A stretch of DNA of 64,000 nt from Chloroflexus sp. (GTDB lineage: Bacteria; Chloroflexota; Chloroflexia; Chloroflexales; Chloroflexaceae). The stretch is taken from contig JAINCM010000035.1 of the NCBI GenBank assembly GCA_036574065.1, positions 12,754-76,753 on the forward strand. Direction: 5' to 3'. Shown in pieces: positions 37,400 through 47,229 of this stretch. The stretch's first letter is position 1; each line of letters opens with the position of its first letter. Below the pieces are notes generated by a model that saw only the letters and a list, made by a program, of their open reading frames with translations, did not search any database and was not told the DNA's origin. Position numbers and translations under genes: made by a program.

Positions 37400-37415
37400 C
37401 TGTAGTGAGGTCATA

Positions 37416-37451
37416 AGCTGGCGGGCCCAAGTTGTGGAGCGCCCGCCAGTT
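37416..37451. terminator. Hairpin between convergent genes
   Basis: AAGCTGGCGGGC-N14-GCCCGCCAGTT. Confidence 0.55.
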
Positions 37452-37460
37452 AGCCCATCA

Positions 37461-38297
37461 TTACCACAAGGCGAAGACCCGGCTGGGTCCGCCGGAACCG
37501 GCGGCAATCTTTGGCGCGCCGACTACTAGCGTCGCACCGCTAGGCGGGATCGACTCGAGATTGGCCAGGTTTTCAAGCCCCCAGCGATTGGTTGGCAACA
37601 ACGTGTAATGGACAGCAAACGTCGTCGAGGGGCCGTGATCGAGGCTGAGCGTATCAACACCGATCCCGCTAATATTGCGCTCGGTCAATAGAAAATCGAT
37701 AGCATCTTTGCCAAAACCAGGAAAGTGCATCACACCACTCGCGTCGGTATTGCGGAACAATTCAACCGAATGGGCCCGTGCCCCCCAGCCACTAGCCATG
37801 AGGACAGCAGCATTGTTCGGGATCCGCCCATAGCGCCGCTCCCAAGCCCGAATATCGTCTGGTGTCACAACGGTATCGGGGTCACGCGCTGCACGTTCGC
37901 TAATATTGATTACAACAGCTGGCACTACCAGTGACCGGACCGGGATTTGATCAACGAATAGGCCGTTAGGCGCGAAATGCACCGGTGCATCCATGTGAGT
38001 ACCCGAATGCTCCCAGTAATTGAGGATGCTGCCATAGTAGCCATCGCGATCGTGAAATACTACCGGCGTAATCTGGAAAGGCGCTGCGCCAGGGAAGAGA
38101 GGAAACTGCGTGCCCAAGAGATGGGTGAGATCAGCGACATTCTTAAAGCTCACTCGACTGATCGTCGCGGCCTCGGCTGCCGTCGGCGCTGCAACCGCTG
38201 CGACCGCTACACCCAGGCCGAACTTGAGCAGGTTGCGTCGGCTAATCTCGGGTGACTGTAGCGAATCAATGAAGCGTGGTGGGCACATAGACGACAC
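37461..38297 (-). CDS. Cyclase / kynurenine-formamidase-family metallohydrolase with a Tat signal
   Basis: SRRNLLKFG twin-arginine motif, HSGTHMDAPVHF (HxGTHxDxPxH), GIGVDTLSLD, GLENLANL. Confidence 0.88.
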   Translation of the reverse strand: MSSMCPPRFIDSLQSPEISRRNLLKFGLGVAVAAVAAPTAAEAATISRVSFKNVADLTHLLGTQFPLFPGAAPFQITPVVFHDRDGYYGSILNYWEHSGTHMDAPVHFAPNGLFVDQIPVRSLVVPAVVINISERAARDPDTVVTPDDIRAWERRYGRIPNNAAVLMASGWGARAHSVELFRNTDASGVMHFPGFGKDAIDFLLTERNISGIGVDTLSLDHGPSTTFAVHYTLLPTNRWGLENLANLESIPPSGATLVVGAPKIAAGSGGPSRVFALW

Positions 38298-38327
38298 TCC
38301 TCCATCTTTGCAATCAGGCGAATCCTG

Positions 38328-38870
38328 CTATACGCGCTCCGTCAGCCGTTCGACACGACCGTGCAACGGCTGTGGCTGCAACACCGCCAGTAATACTGGA
38401 CACAATCGTTCTAGATCTGTTTGCAACTTGGCCATATCACTGTCACTCACCTCACCGCGGTAACGCAAGGTGTAGCTGAGACCAGTAGGCGCAACTGGTG
38501 CCTCGGCACTTACTCCAAGTGCACCGCGATAGTCTATTTGACCTGTAACTTCCACATGCAGATCGTCAAGCGCCAATTCACGATCGGCGGCCAATGCCAG
38601 TGCCGAATGAGCAATGCAGCTTGCCATAGCAGCTAGCAACAGTTCGGGGGCATTTGGACCCAAATCATAACCGCCGAGCGTCGGGCCCGAATCACTCAAC
38701 ACTGTATGATCCCGCACCCGTACCGGACGCAAACCAGTCCCTGCTGCCACTGCCACTGTGGCGCGCAACGGCACTGGTGTCGGCGGCTGCTCGCGTAGGC
38801 GAGCACGGAACGCTGCTAATGCCTGCCGCTTACGATCTAAGAACTCCCGTAAATTCCAGATTGACGCCAT
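38328..38870 (-). CDS. OsmC/Ohr-family protein
   Basis: DLGPNAPELLLAAMASCI and LERLCPV (two conserved Cys). AAGGAG RBS. Confidence 0.85.
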   Translation of the reverse strand: MASIWNLREFLDRKRQALAAFRARLREQPPTPVPLRATVAVAAGTGLRPVRVRDHTVLSDSGPTLGGYDLGPNAPELLLAAMASCIAHSALALAADRELALDDLHVEVTGQIDYRGALGVSAEAPVAPTGLSYTLRYRGEVSDSDMAKLQTDLERLCPVLLAVLQPQPLHGRVERLTERV

Positions 38871-39147
38871 ACCAGTCTCCTTGGGCCACAGACAATGATC
38901 GCAACGCTCTCAATCTCCACGCTAGCTCAAGGCGTCAGCGATAGGCATATCCCTCGCAAGGCACCCACCTGCGGTATATCATTGCCGCATTGTCTCACAA
39001 TTTACCCGGGAATGGCTGCTATTATCAGTCGAAATGTTTTGGCTGTCAAGATGTGCAACTCACGCATTTCCAGTACAATATTCGATAAACGATACCAGAC
39101 AGCGCGACCCCGTTTATGTCTACCGATACTGCGCCGGAGGAGCCTGC

Positions 39148-42100
39148 ATGCCAAATATTGAAACACTACTCATCGTGCTGTTGTGGATTGTCTGCGGCGT
39201 AGCTATCGCGGTTGCCAGTTATATCTGGCCACGACGGAACCGGGCAGGCAGCGGCGAATTTATCACGATGCTGGCAGCTATTGTAGTGTGGGCAGGCGCC
39301 GACGCGCTCGAATTGGCCGCGACAACACTTGAAGCCAAAATAGTGTGGCGGCTAGTACAGCAAGTAGGAATTGTGCTGCTGCCGCCCACCTGGTTACTCT
39401 TTGTCTTCGCCTACCTGGATTTTCAACCGTGGAGTCGGTCGCGCATGCGCTGGCTGCTGTTCATTATGCCAGCAGTAACGCTGATCTTGGTGCTAACCAA
39501 CAGCCAACACCAGCTCTTCTTTCAGGAATTGCACCTCAGTCCCCAGCCTCATAGCCATCTCAATGTTGTGCCGGGGCGCTGGTTCTGGCTTCATATCGGC
39601 TATTCGTATCTCTGCCTAACCGCCGGACTAGCGCTTATTGTTGGCGCGTTCTGGCAGGCTGCGCCCTTCTTTCGCCGCCAGGCGATGCTGATAGGTGCCG
39701 GATTTGTGTTTCCGTTCATTTCCAATGGACTGTTCCTGAGCCAGATCGAGCCACTAGGCATCGACTTTACGCCGGTGTCGTTTTTGATCTCTGCGCCATT
39801 CATCATCACTGGTCTGTTCCGCTACCAGTTTTTGTATCTGACCCCCATTGCCCGTGACCGCGTCATTGAAGCAATGGCTGATGCGATGATCGTCGCCGAT
39901 CATCGGGATCACATTATTGATTTCAACCTCGCTGCCAGTAAGCTCTTCGGCTCTCTGCTTCAGTACAACCGGCCTTTATCTGCAGCACTAAAGTGGCCGG
40001 CGCTGTTGGAAGCTGTCCACACTGACCAGACTCAGCGGATCGAGCTGTGTTGCCCTGAGCATCCTGACCGCTTTTTCGATGTTACGATCGACCCCATACT
40101 CAATCAGCAAGGGCAGATCAGTGGCCGCACTCTGGTATTTCGAGAAATCACCGATCGTAAACAAGCGGAACAACGCTTGCAAGAGGCCATTCAACGCTTT
40201 ACCGATATCATCGAGCAGACACCACTAGTTGCTATTCAGCGGTTGGATCGCCACGGTGTTGTGCTGGAATGGAACCGTGTCTGCGAACAATTTTTTGGCT
40301 TTACTGCCGCCGAAGCCTGTGGTCGTCGCTTGCAAGACCTGATCTTGAGCGACAGAGAAATAGCCGACTTCGAAACCATGATCGAACAAATCTGTCATAC
40401 TGGTCAGGCATTGCCACCGCGTACCTGGCAGATCCATACCCAGACTGGCGAGATCCGCTGGCTCTATTCAGCCATGTTTCCCCTCTTCATGCAGGGTCAG
40501 GTAAGCGATATCATCCGCATGGATGTTGATATCACCGAGATCCGTCGTGCCGAACAAAGCTTGAGTCGCCAGCGTGATCAACTGGCTGCACTGCATCAGT
40601 TAACATTAGATTGGCTCAATCGCCGTGAAATGGATGACCTGTTACAGGCGATCACGAACAGTGCCTATCGCCTGCTTGATGTCAGTTACGCGGAACTCTT
40701 ACTAGCAGATGATGATGATCAGACCCTAGTCGTGCGTGCTTGCACACCACAGTTGCCCAACCATCTATCGCGACGTGCGTCGCCAGCTAATGCACCGCTC
40801 TCGTGGCGCGCGTTCCGCTCGCGGCAGCCGGCAGTAGTGCTCGACTACACCGCATGGCCAGAACACACGCCTGATTATGCGCAGCTCAACTTTGGTCCAG
40901 TGCTCACACTGCCGATCGTGGTTGGTGATGTATGTTTGGGTGTGCTCGGTCTGGCTCGCAATCAAGGCGCCCCCCCTTTCACACCTGAAGACATCCAGTA
41001 CGCTACGTTGCTCACGCAACTGGCCGCTATCGTCCTTGATAACTCGAATCTCTACGCTGCCGCCCAGCGTGAAATCGCCGAACGCAAACGTGCCGAAGAG
41101 CAGCGGATAGCATTACAACAGCAATTATTGCAGGCGCAGAAAATGGAGGCAATCGGCCAGCTGGCAGGCGGTATTGCCCACGACTTTAACAACATCTTGA
41201 CCGTCATCACTGGCAATGTCGAGTTGGCTTTGCTGGAAACGGAACCAGATCATCCAATTTATGCCGAGCTAGAGCTGATCCGGCAGAGCGCAGCACGCGC
41301 CAGTGAGCTAGTACGTCGGTTGCTAACCTTTGCCCGGCGTCAACCTGGTCAGCCACGGCCAATAGATGTGAATCGCCAGATCATTGATACGATGAATATG
41401 ATGAAGCGCCTAATCGGCGAAAACATCCATTTGCGACTCGAGCTGAGCGATTCGCTCGACCTTGTGATGATCGATCCGCATCAATTTGAACAAGTTTTGA
41501 TCAACTTGGTGGTCAATGCCCGTGATGCAATGCCGGATGGTGGTGAACTGACCATCCGCACCACCGCCGAATATCTGTCAACCAGCGATATTCCACCAAT
41601 CAGCACAGCCCAGGCCGGCAAATACGTGCTGCTCTCGGTCTGTGATACCGGCGTTGGGATTGATGAGACAATCCGAGCTCATCTCTTCGAGCCTTATTTT
41701 ACGACCAAGCCGATCGGAAAAGGGAGCGGACTAGGGTTAGCGATCTGCAATGGCATTGTGTCTCAACACGGCGGTTTTATCACCCTGGATAGCCAACCTC
41801 GAGTAGGCAGTTGTTTCACCGTCGCGTTGCCAGCAGTTGCCCACAATTCAGCACCGCTGCGGCACCAACCAACTGTTAGGCCGATTATCGACAGCGTCGG
41901 TCACGAGACCATCTTGCTGGTCGAGGACGAAGCCGAAGTACGTCAGTTAACGGCACGTTTGTTGCACGAGCAAGGTTATACTGTTCTAGAGACTACCAAT
42001 GCGCACGAGGCCTTGCAACTGGTCCAGAGTCACGGCGATGATCTTCACCTCCTGATCAGTGATATCGTGTTACCGCATACTGATGGGATTACCCTGGGCC

Positions 42101-42267
42101 GTCAGGTACAGCAACTACTGCCGCATGTGCGTGTGATCTTAATGTCGGGATATGTGCAGCGGAGGTTGGCCAACGGTGATGAACCGCCGTTCCCGGTTTT
42201 GAGCAAACCATTTACTCGCTATCAACTATTGTCGCTAGTTCGACAAACGATCCATCAGTCGCCATAA
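39148..42267 (+). CDS. Hybrid sensor histidine kinase: 7TM N-terminus, PAS x2, GAF, HisKA/HATPase, receiver
   Basis: GGAGGAG then ATG 39148. GQLAGGIAHDFNNIL, QVLINLVVNARDAM, DTGVGI, FEPYFTTK, GSGLGL, LLVEDE..LLISDIVLP. Confidence 0.93.
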   Translation: MPNIETLLIVLLWIVCGVAIAVASYIWPRRNRAGSGEFITMLAAIVVWAGADALELAATTLEAKIVWRLVQQVGIVLLPPTWLLFVFAYLDFQPWSRSRMRWLLFIMPAVTLILVLTNSQHQLFFQELHLSPQPHSHLNVVPGRWFWLHIGYSYLCLTAGLALIVGAFWQAAPFFRRQAMLIGAGFVFPFISNGLFLSQIEPLGIDFTPVSFLISAPFIITGLFRYQFLYLTPIARDRVIEAMADAMIVADHRDHIIDFNLAASKLFGSLLQYNRPLSAALKWPALLEAVHTDQTQRIELCCPEHPDRFFDVTIDPILNQQGQISGRTLVFREITDRKQAEQRLQEAIQRFTDIIEQTPLVAIQRLDRHGVVLEWNRVCEQFFGFTAAEACGRRLQDLILSDREIADFETMIEQICHTGQALPPRTWQIHTQTGEIRWLYSAMFPLFMQGQVSDIIRMDVDITEIRRAEQSLSRQRDQLAALHQLTLDWLNRREMDDLLQAITNSAYRLLDVSYAELLLADDDDQTLVVRACTPQLPNHLSRRASPANAPLSWRAFRSRQPAVVLDYTAWPEHTPDYAQLNFGPVLTLPIVVGDVCLGVLGLARNQGAPPFTPEDIQYATLLTQLAAIVLDNSNLYAAAQREIAERKRAEEQRIALQQQLLQAQKMEAIGQLAGGIAHDFNNILTVITGNVELALLETEPDHPIYAELELIRQSAARASELVRRLLTFARRQPGQPRPIDVNRQIIDTMNMMKRLIGENIHLRLELSDSLDLVMIDPHQFEQVLINLVVNARDAMPDGGELTIRTTAEYLSTSDIPPISTAQAGKYVLLSVCDTGVGIDETIRAHLFEPYFTTKPIGKGSGLGLAICNGIVSQHGGFITLDSQPRVGSCFTVALPAVAHNSAPLRHQPTVRPIIDSVGHETILLVEDEAEVRQLTARLLHEQGYTVLETTNAHEALQLVQSHGDDLHLLISDIVLPHTDGITLGRQVQQLLPHVRVILMSGYVQRRLANGDEPPFPVLSKPFTRYQLLSLVRQTIHQSP

Positions 42268-42294
42268 TCAAGGCTGAGTTACCTGAGGTGAGTT

Positions 42295-42570
42295 ATGGAA
42301 CAGCTTGGCGGTTTGTTCATCGCGGTGCTCGTAACGCTCTTTCTAGGACTAATCGCCTTAGCTGCCTGGCGTTACTGGCACGAGCAGATTAATATCTCGC
42401 CCGCAGATGAAGAGTTAATGCGCGAGATTGCCGAACTGAACGAGCGACAGGCCAACCGTATCAGCGATCAGCGCCTCCGTTCAGTTATTGATCCCGATGA
42501 AGCGTGGCGGATTATGGTGCAACGTGGTCAGAGTTCGCGGCGCCGCACATCGCCGCCACGCCGCAAATGA
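42295..42570 (+). CDS. Small single-pass membrane protein of unknown function
   Basis: GAGGTGAG RBS, N-terminal TM helix, charged C-terminus. Confidence 0.65.
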   Translation: MEQLGGLFIAVLVTLFLGLIALAAWRYWHEQINISPADEELMREIAELNERQANRISDQRLRSVIDPDEAWRIMVQRGQSSRRRTSPPRRK

Positions 42571-42602
42571 CCAGGGCACGCACATGTAGGCGTTCCCTGG
42601 TC
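42569..42602. terminator. Hairpin between convergent genes
   Basis: GACCAGGGcACGC-N8-GCGTtCCCTGGTC. Confidence 0.55.
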
Positions 42603-42626
42603 TGGCATGACCTTGCTTAGTAACCG

Positions 42627-43967
42627 TCAGACGTGCGCTGGCGCTTGATTACCCGCCTCCTCAGCCGCATGTCGTACATTTACTAACAGCAGAAGAACGA
42701 AGCCACTAATGAAGAAGATGATGAGCGAGACTATAGCAATCCGGTAACTCTGTGTATACTGGTATGCGATACCGAACAACAGTGGTGCTAGCCAACTGGT
42801 ACCACGTTCTCCGACTTCATATAGACTGAAATACTCTGCTTCTTGCCCTTTTGGAATCATCAGTGAGAAGAGCGAGCGGCTGATTGCCTGACTTCCTCCC
42901 AACACCAGCGCAATTGCCGCTCCCAGGGCAATAAATTGCACATCGTTGTTTGCGGGCATCACATACGCATAACTGACGACCAGCGTCCAGATTACCAGGC
43001 TGCCCATCAACACCCGCTTCGAGCCCAGTCGGGTCGCCAGGGCACCGAAGGCCAGTGCACCGACAAAGGCCACAAATTGCACCATCAGAATAGTCGCAAT
43101 TCGGGTTGAATCCCCAATGCCTAATTCTTCGGCACCAAACTGAGCGGCGAGCGCAATGACCGCCTGAATGCCATCGTTATACAACAGGTATGCAGCTAGA
43201 AAGAGCAGCGTTTGCGGATAGTTGCGCAGCTGGCGGAGGGTGTGTGCTAGCTGGCGAAACCCGATCGTCAAATAGTGCTCACCCGGCGGCAAACGCCGCA
43301 CTGCACCCCGATTCCGCAGCGTAAACATCGGAATCAGCGTAAAGATTGCCCACCACATCCCGGCTGACAGCAGACTGATCCGCACCGCCATACTGCTCTC
43401 GACGCCAAACGAGCTGGCATTCAGAAAGAAAGCCAGGTTGGCCGCAAGCAGGAGACCGCCACCGAGATACCCCAACGCCCATCCCCGTGATGAGACAGCA
43501 TCACGCTGATCAGGAGTGGCGATGTCAGGCAAGAAGGCGTTGTAAAAAACAATTGACGCGCCAAAGGTGAGATTCGCTAGCAAGAATAAGATACCCCCCA
43601 ACAAATAGTTGGATCCTTCGAGAAAATACAAACCCATCGTCGCAAATGAACCAATGTAAGCGAAGATGGCTAGCATTGGCTTGCGCGCGTTCGAGTAGTC
43701 AGCAATGGCCCCGAGGATAGGTAAGAAGAAGACCTGTAGCAATACCGAGAGTGAAACGACGTAGGGAAAGAATGATCCGGCTGCGACCGGTATCCCTAAT
43801 GGATACACAAAGCCATTTGCGTCCGCGGCATTACGAGCCACTGAAGTGAGGTATGGACCGAGAAAGACCGTTACTACCGTGGTCGAAAAGGCTGAATTAG
43901 CCCAGTCGTAGAAATACCAGCCGATCTGTTCCCGACGATTGTTGGACGAGATTGCAACCGTCGCCAT
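42627..43967 (-). CDS. MFS transporter, UMF1/ATG22-like
   Basis: WYFYDWANSAF, FYNAFLPDIA, SSRGWALGYLGG, YNDGIQAVI, SQAISRSLFS. Confidence 0.9.
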   Translation of the reverse strand: MATVAISSNNRREQIGWYFYDWANSAFSTTVVTVFLGPYLTSVARNAADANGFVYPLGIPVAAGSFFPYVVSLSVLLQVFFLPILGAIADYSNARKPMLAIFAYIGSFATMGLYFLEGSNYLLGGILFLLANLTFGASIVFYNAFLPDIATPDQRDAVSSRGWALGYLGGGLLLAANLAFFLNASSFGVESSMAVRISLLSAGMWWAIFTLIPMFTLRNRGAVRRLPPGEHYLTIGFRQLAHTLRQLRNYPQTLLFLAAYLLYNDGIQAVIALAAQFGAEELGIGDSTRIATILMVQFVAFVGALAFGALATRLGSKRVLMGSLVIWTLVVSYAYVMPANNDVQFIALGAAIALVLGGSQAISRSLFSLMIPKGQEAEYFSLYEVGERGTSWLAPLLFGIAYQYTQSYRIAIVSLIIFFISGFVLLLLVNVRHAAEEAGNQAPAHV

Positions 43968-44246
43968 TCAAGCTCCTTCTCGCAGCAACAATACACTGTG
44001 CAATCAGTCTGCACCAGCAATCTTCCAGTGCGACATTGAGAGGACGTAACTATTCAATTCCATGGACAACTGCGACGTGAGCATTGTACCATAGCTTGTT
44101 GTAGCGCTCGTTGTGCTGCACGCTGTATCTGCGGTGCCTTCTTTTCCACAGCTTGATCTGGAAAATCAGTCACTCAGTCACTGGGCACAAGATTGAGTGG
44201 TACAGGAGCTGGAGTGGCGGATCCGTGCAAGGGCTCTGCTGGCCTA

Positions 44247-44259
44247 TGGTATCATACCA
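44247..44259. promoter_or_regulatory. Palindromic operator candidate TGGTAT-C-ATACCA
   Basis: Perfect 6-1-6 palindrome about 45 nt upstream of phhB in a divergent intergenic region. Confidence 0.45.
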
Positions 44260-44304
44260 GTATGGAGAGGCAGATGATACGCTATACAAGGAGCAACGAC
44301 TGCT

Positions 44305-44586
44305 ATGGCGCGTCTGAGCGAAGCTGAAATTGCTGATAACCTAGCCCAACGCCCCGATTGGAATCTTGAAGGTAATGAGATCGTCCGTACCTTTCGCTTG
44401 GCTAATTTCCCGGCGGCGATCGCCTTTGTTACCCACGTTGCCTTCCTGGCTGAAGCCGCTGGTCATCATCCCGATATCGACATTCGCTACAATCGGGTGC
44501 GGATTGCCCTGACGACCCATGACGCTGGCGGGCTAACTGAGAAGGATTTTGCCCTCGCTGCTGCAATTGACGAGATTCTGGGCTAA
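44305..44586 (+). CDS. phhB: Pterin-4-alpha-carbinolamine dehydratase
   Basis: AEAAGHHPDIDIRYNRV, LTTHDAGGLTEKDF. Confidence 0.92.
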   Translation: MARLSEAEIADNLAQRPDWNLEGNEIVRTFRLANFPAAIAFVTHVAFLAEAAGHHPDIDIRYNRVRIALTTHDAGGLTEKDFALAAAIDEILG

Positions 44587-45356
44587 TGCCATTCGTGTCA
44601 ACATCAGTCGGTAATCTGTTTACCCTGCGGCGTGGCGACTCCGGCCCGCCGCTAATCTGCATTCATGGCGCTGGCGGTAGCGCTCGCCATTGGGGATTGC
44701 TGCTTGAGCCACTAGCCACAGTGGCACAGGTGTATGCGCTCGACCTACCCGGTCATGGCCGTTCGTCCAGCACGAACAGGGTCGTGTCGATTGCCGGGTA
44801 TGCACAGGCTGTCATCGCGTTTCATACAGCCTTGGCGCTCCCACCAGCACTCATTGTCGGTCATTCCATGGGCGGTGCTATTGCGTTACAGCTTGCTGTG
44901 CAAGCGCCGCAGATTGTAGCCGGGCTGGGTCTGGTCGGCAGTGCCGCTCGTCTGCGCGTTGCACCAGCGTTGCTGACGGGCCTAGCAGGTGACGAGGCCG
45001 CTCGTCACACGGCGATAACCACCTTGGTCGAATGGCTGTTTAGTCCGGCTGCCGATCCTGCCCTGAGAACTGAAGCGGCTGCCGAGTATGCCGCTCTTGA
45101 TCCGGCACTCTTGCTTGCTGATCTACAAGCGTGTGACGGCTTCGATCTCCGTTCGCAATTGACCGCTATCCACTGTCCGGCGTTGGTCGTTACCGGCGCC
45201 GATGATCGGCTTACCCCACCCAAATTGGGTGCGGAACTGGCTGCAGGCCTAGGCATTGCACCTCAGCTGTTGCCGGGTGTTGGCCATATGCCCATGCTTG
45301 AGGCCCCCGACCTATTGAGTGAGTTGCTACGTGCGTGGATCGTTACGCTTGCCTGA
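44586..45356 (+). CDS. Alpha/beta hydrolase
   Basis: IHGAGG, DLPGHG, GHSMGG, GVGHMPMLE. TAATG overlap. Confidence 0.88.
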   Translation: MPFVSTSVGNLFTLRRGDSGPPLICIHGAGGSARHWGLLLEPLATVAQVYALDLPGHGRSSSTNRVVSIAGYAQAVIAFHTALALPPALIVGHSMGGAIALQLAVQAPQIVAGLGLVGSAARLRVAPALLTGLAGDEAARHTAITTLVEWLFSPAADPALRTEAAAEYAALDPALLLADLQACDGFDLRSQLTAIHCPALVVTGADDRLTPPKLGAELAAGLGIAPQLLPGVGHMPMLEAPDLLSELLRAWIVTLA

Positions 45357-45420
45357 GGGCACATGCTCGCGTAGAATGAAACCGGAACTGACCTAAGCCC
45401 GATAACGACAGGAGGCGATC

Positions 45421-46560
45421 ATGGAATTCCAGCTTAGCGAAGATCAGCAGATGCTCCGCGATATGGTGCGCCAGTTTGCCGAAAAAGAGGTCAAACCCAC
45501 TGTTGCTGAGCGCGACGAACACGCAATCTGGCCTACCGATCTCGTCCGCAAGATGGGCGAACTTGGTCTGATGGGCGTTGCTGTGAGCGAGGAGTATGGT
45601 GGCGCTGGCATGGACTATGTCTCGTATGCGATTGTGATCGAGGAGCTGTCCCGCGTCGATGCCTCGCTAGGCGTGATTGCCTCCGTCAATAACTCGCTCG
45701 TCTGCTACGGGATCGAAAAATTTGGCACCGAAGAGCAGAAGCGAGAACTTCTCAAACCGTTGGCTAGCGGTCGCATGTTGGGCGCCTTCTCGCTAAGCGA
45801 ACCGGGCGCCGGCTCGGATGCCGCGGCTCAACGTACCACTGCCGTGCGTGATGGCGATTACTACATTATCAATGGCGTCAAGAATTGGGTCACTAATGGC
45901 GATCATGCTGATACCATCATCTTAATGGCCATGACTGACCCAAGCAAAGGGGTTAAAGGGATCACCGCCTTCTTGATTGACACCCACGCGCCGGGGTGCC
46001 GGGTCGTCAAAGTTGAAAACAAACTGGGTATTCGTAGCGCACACAGTTGCCAGATGGCCTATGACAACTACCGGCTACCAGCCTGGCGCCGTCTCGGTGA
46101 AGAAGGCCAGGGTTTCAAGATTGCTATGACTATCCTCAATGCCGGGCGCATTGGGATTGCTGCGCAGGCCGTCGGCATTGCCCAGGGTGCCTACGAGGCC
46201 GCGCTCGAATATTGTAAGGTGCGCGAGCAGTTCGGCAAACCGATCCACGAATTTCAGGCCGTCGGCTTTACTCTTGCCGATATGGCAACGCGCATCAAAG
46301 CCGCCCGCTTGCTGACCTACGAGGCCGCCTGGCGCAAAGATCAGGGGCTTGATTTTATCAAAGACGCCTCGATGGCGAAACTATTCGCTTCTGAAACGGC
46401 GATGTGGGTGGCTACCAAAGCCGTTCAATTACACGGCTCCAACGGTTACTCGAAAGAGTATCCGGTTGAACGCTATTTCCGTGATGCCAAGATTACCGAG
46501 ATCTACGAAGGAACGAGTGAGATTCAGCGCCTTGTTATCAGCCGCGAGATTGTACGTTGA
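45421..46560 (+). CDS. Acyl-CoA dehydrogenase (short/branched-chain type)
   Basis: GAFSLSEPGAGSD, NGVKNWVTNG, GRIGIAAQAVG, QLHGSNGY, ITEIYEGTSEIQR. Confidence 0.93.
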   Translation: MEFQLSEDQQMLRDMVRQFAEKEVKPTVAERDEHAIWPTDLVRKMGELGLMGVAVSEEYGGAGMDYVSYAIVIEELSRVDASLGVIASVNNSLVCYGIEKFGTEEQKRELLKPLASGRMLGAFSLSEPGAGSDAAAQRTTAVRDGDYYIINGVKNWVTNGDHADTIILMAMTDPSKGVKGITAFLIDTHAPGCRVVKVENKLGIRSAHSCQMAYDNYRLPAWRRLGEEGQGFKIAMTILNAGRIGIAAQAVGIAQGAYEAALEYCKVREQFGKPIHEFQAVGFTLADMATRIKAARLLTYEAAWRKDQGLDFIKDASMAKLFASETAMWVATKAVQLHGSNGYSKEYPVERYFRDAKITEIYEGTSEIQRLVISREIVR

Positions 46561-46596
46561 TCGCGTAGGCGGCAGCGCTGCGTCGCAATAGCAGAT

Positions 46597-47226
46597 ATGC
46601 GTCTCATTCTCGTGCGACACGGCGAAACGCCGTGGAACCGGACACTGCAATATCAGGGTCATGCGCCTGTTCCACTCAATGACCGAGGCCGCGAACAGGC
46701 GCAACGGGCCGCCCAACGATTGACACGTCAGAGAGCAGTCGCCCTGTACAGCAGCGATTTACCTCGGGCTTGGGAAACTGCAACGATCATTGGTGCTCAC
46801 CTCAACCTGTCGCCAATTCCCATGCCTGAGTGGCGCGAAATCGATGTGGGGTTGTGGGAAGGGTTAACACCCGAACAACTGTATCAGCGCTTCCCGGATC
46901 ACATGCGCGAGTATGAGCGTGATCCGGCTCGCACAGTGCGATTGGGCGGCGAAAGCTATGCGCAGTTGCAAGAGCGCGTATTACGCGCGTTTCGCCAGAT
47001 TGAATCGCGTCACCAATCCGGCGAAACTATCATTGTTGTCTCACACGGCGGTTCGATTCGTGCCTTATTCTGTCACATCATCGGTCTCGATCTGGCTAAC
47101 TTTGGCAAACTTTGGCTCGACAATGGCTCGTTGAGCGAAATCGTCCGCGGGCGAAGTGGCTGGCGGCTGTTACGGATGAACGATGTCTCCCACTTAGAAG
47201 ATCTGGTGGGGGAAGGCGGCGAGTAA
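46597..47226 (+). CDS. Histidine phosphatase (phosphoglycerate-mutase family; PspA/CobC-like)
   Basis: LVRHGET, YSSDLPRAWETA, REIDVGLWEG, VSHGG. Confidence 0.9.
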   Translation: MRLILVRHGETPWNRTLQYQGHAPVPLNDRGREQAQRAAQRLTRQRAVALYSSDLPRAWETATIIGAHLNLSPIPMPEWREIDVGLWEGLTPEQLYQRFPDHMREYERDPARTVRLGGESYAQLQERVLRAFRQIESRHQSGETIIVVSHGGSIRALFCHIIGLDLANFGKLWLDNGSLSEIVRGRSGWRLLRMNDVSHLEDLVGEGGE

Positions 47227-47229
47227 GTC

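Noticed and set aside
37461-38297. 'Cyclase' next to the HPT-like gene as tocopherol cyclase
   Set aside because: Its HxGTHxDxPxH motif is the kynurenine-formamidase family, unrelated to VTE1. It is also convergent and Tat-exported.
38871-39147. Structured leader or riboswitch upstream of the OsmC-cyclase pair
   Set aside because: No SAM, glycine, TPP, cobalamin or Moco consensus was recognisable, only short weak stems.
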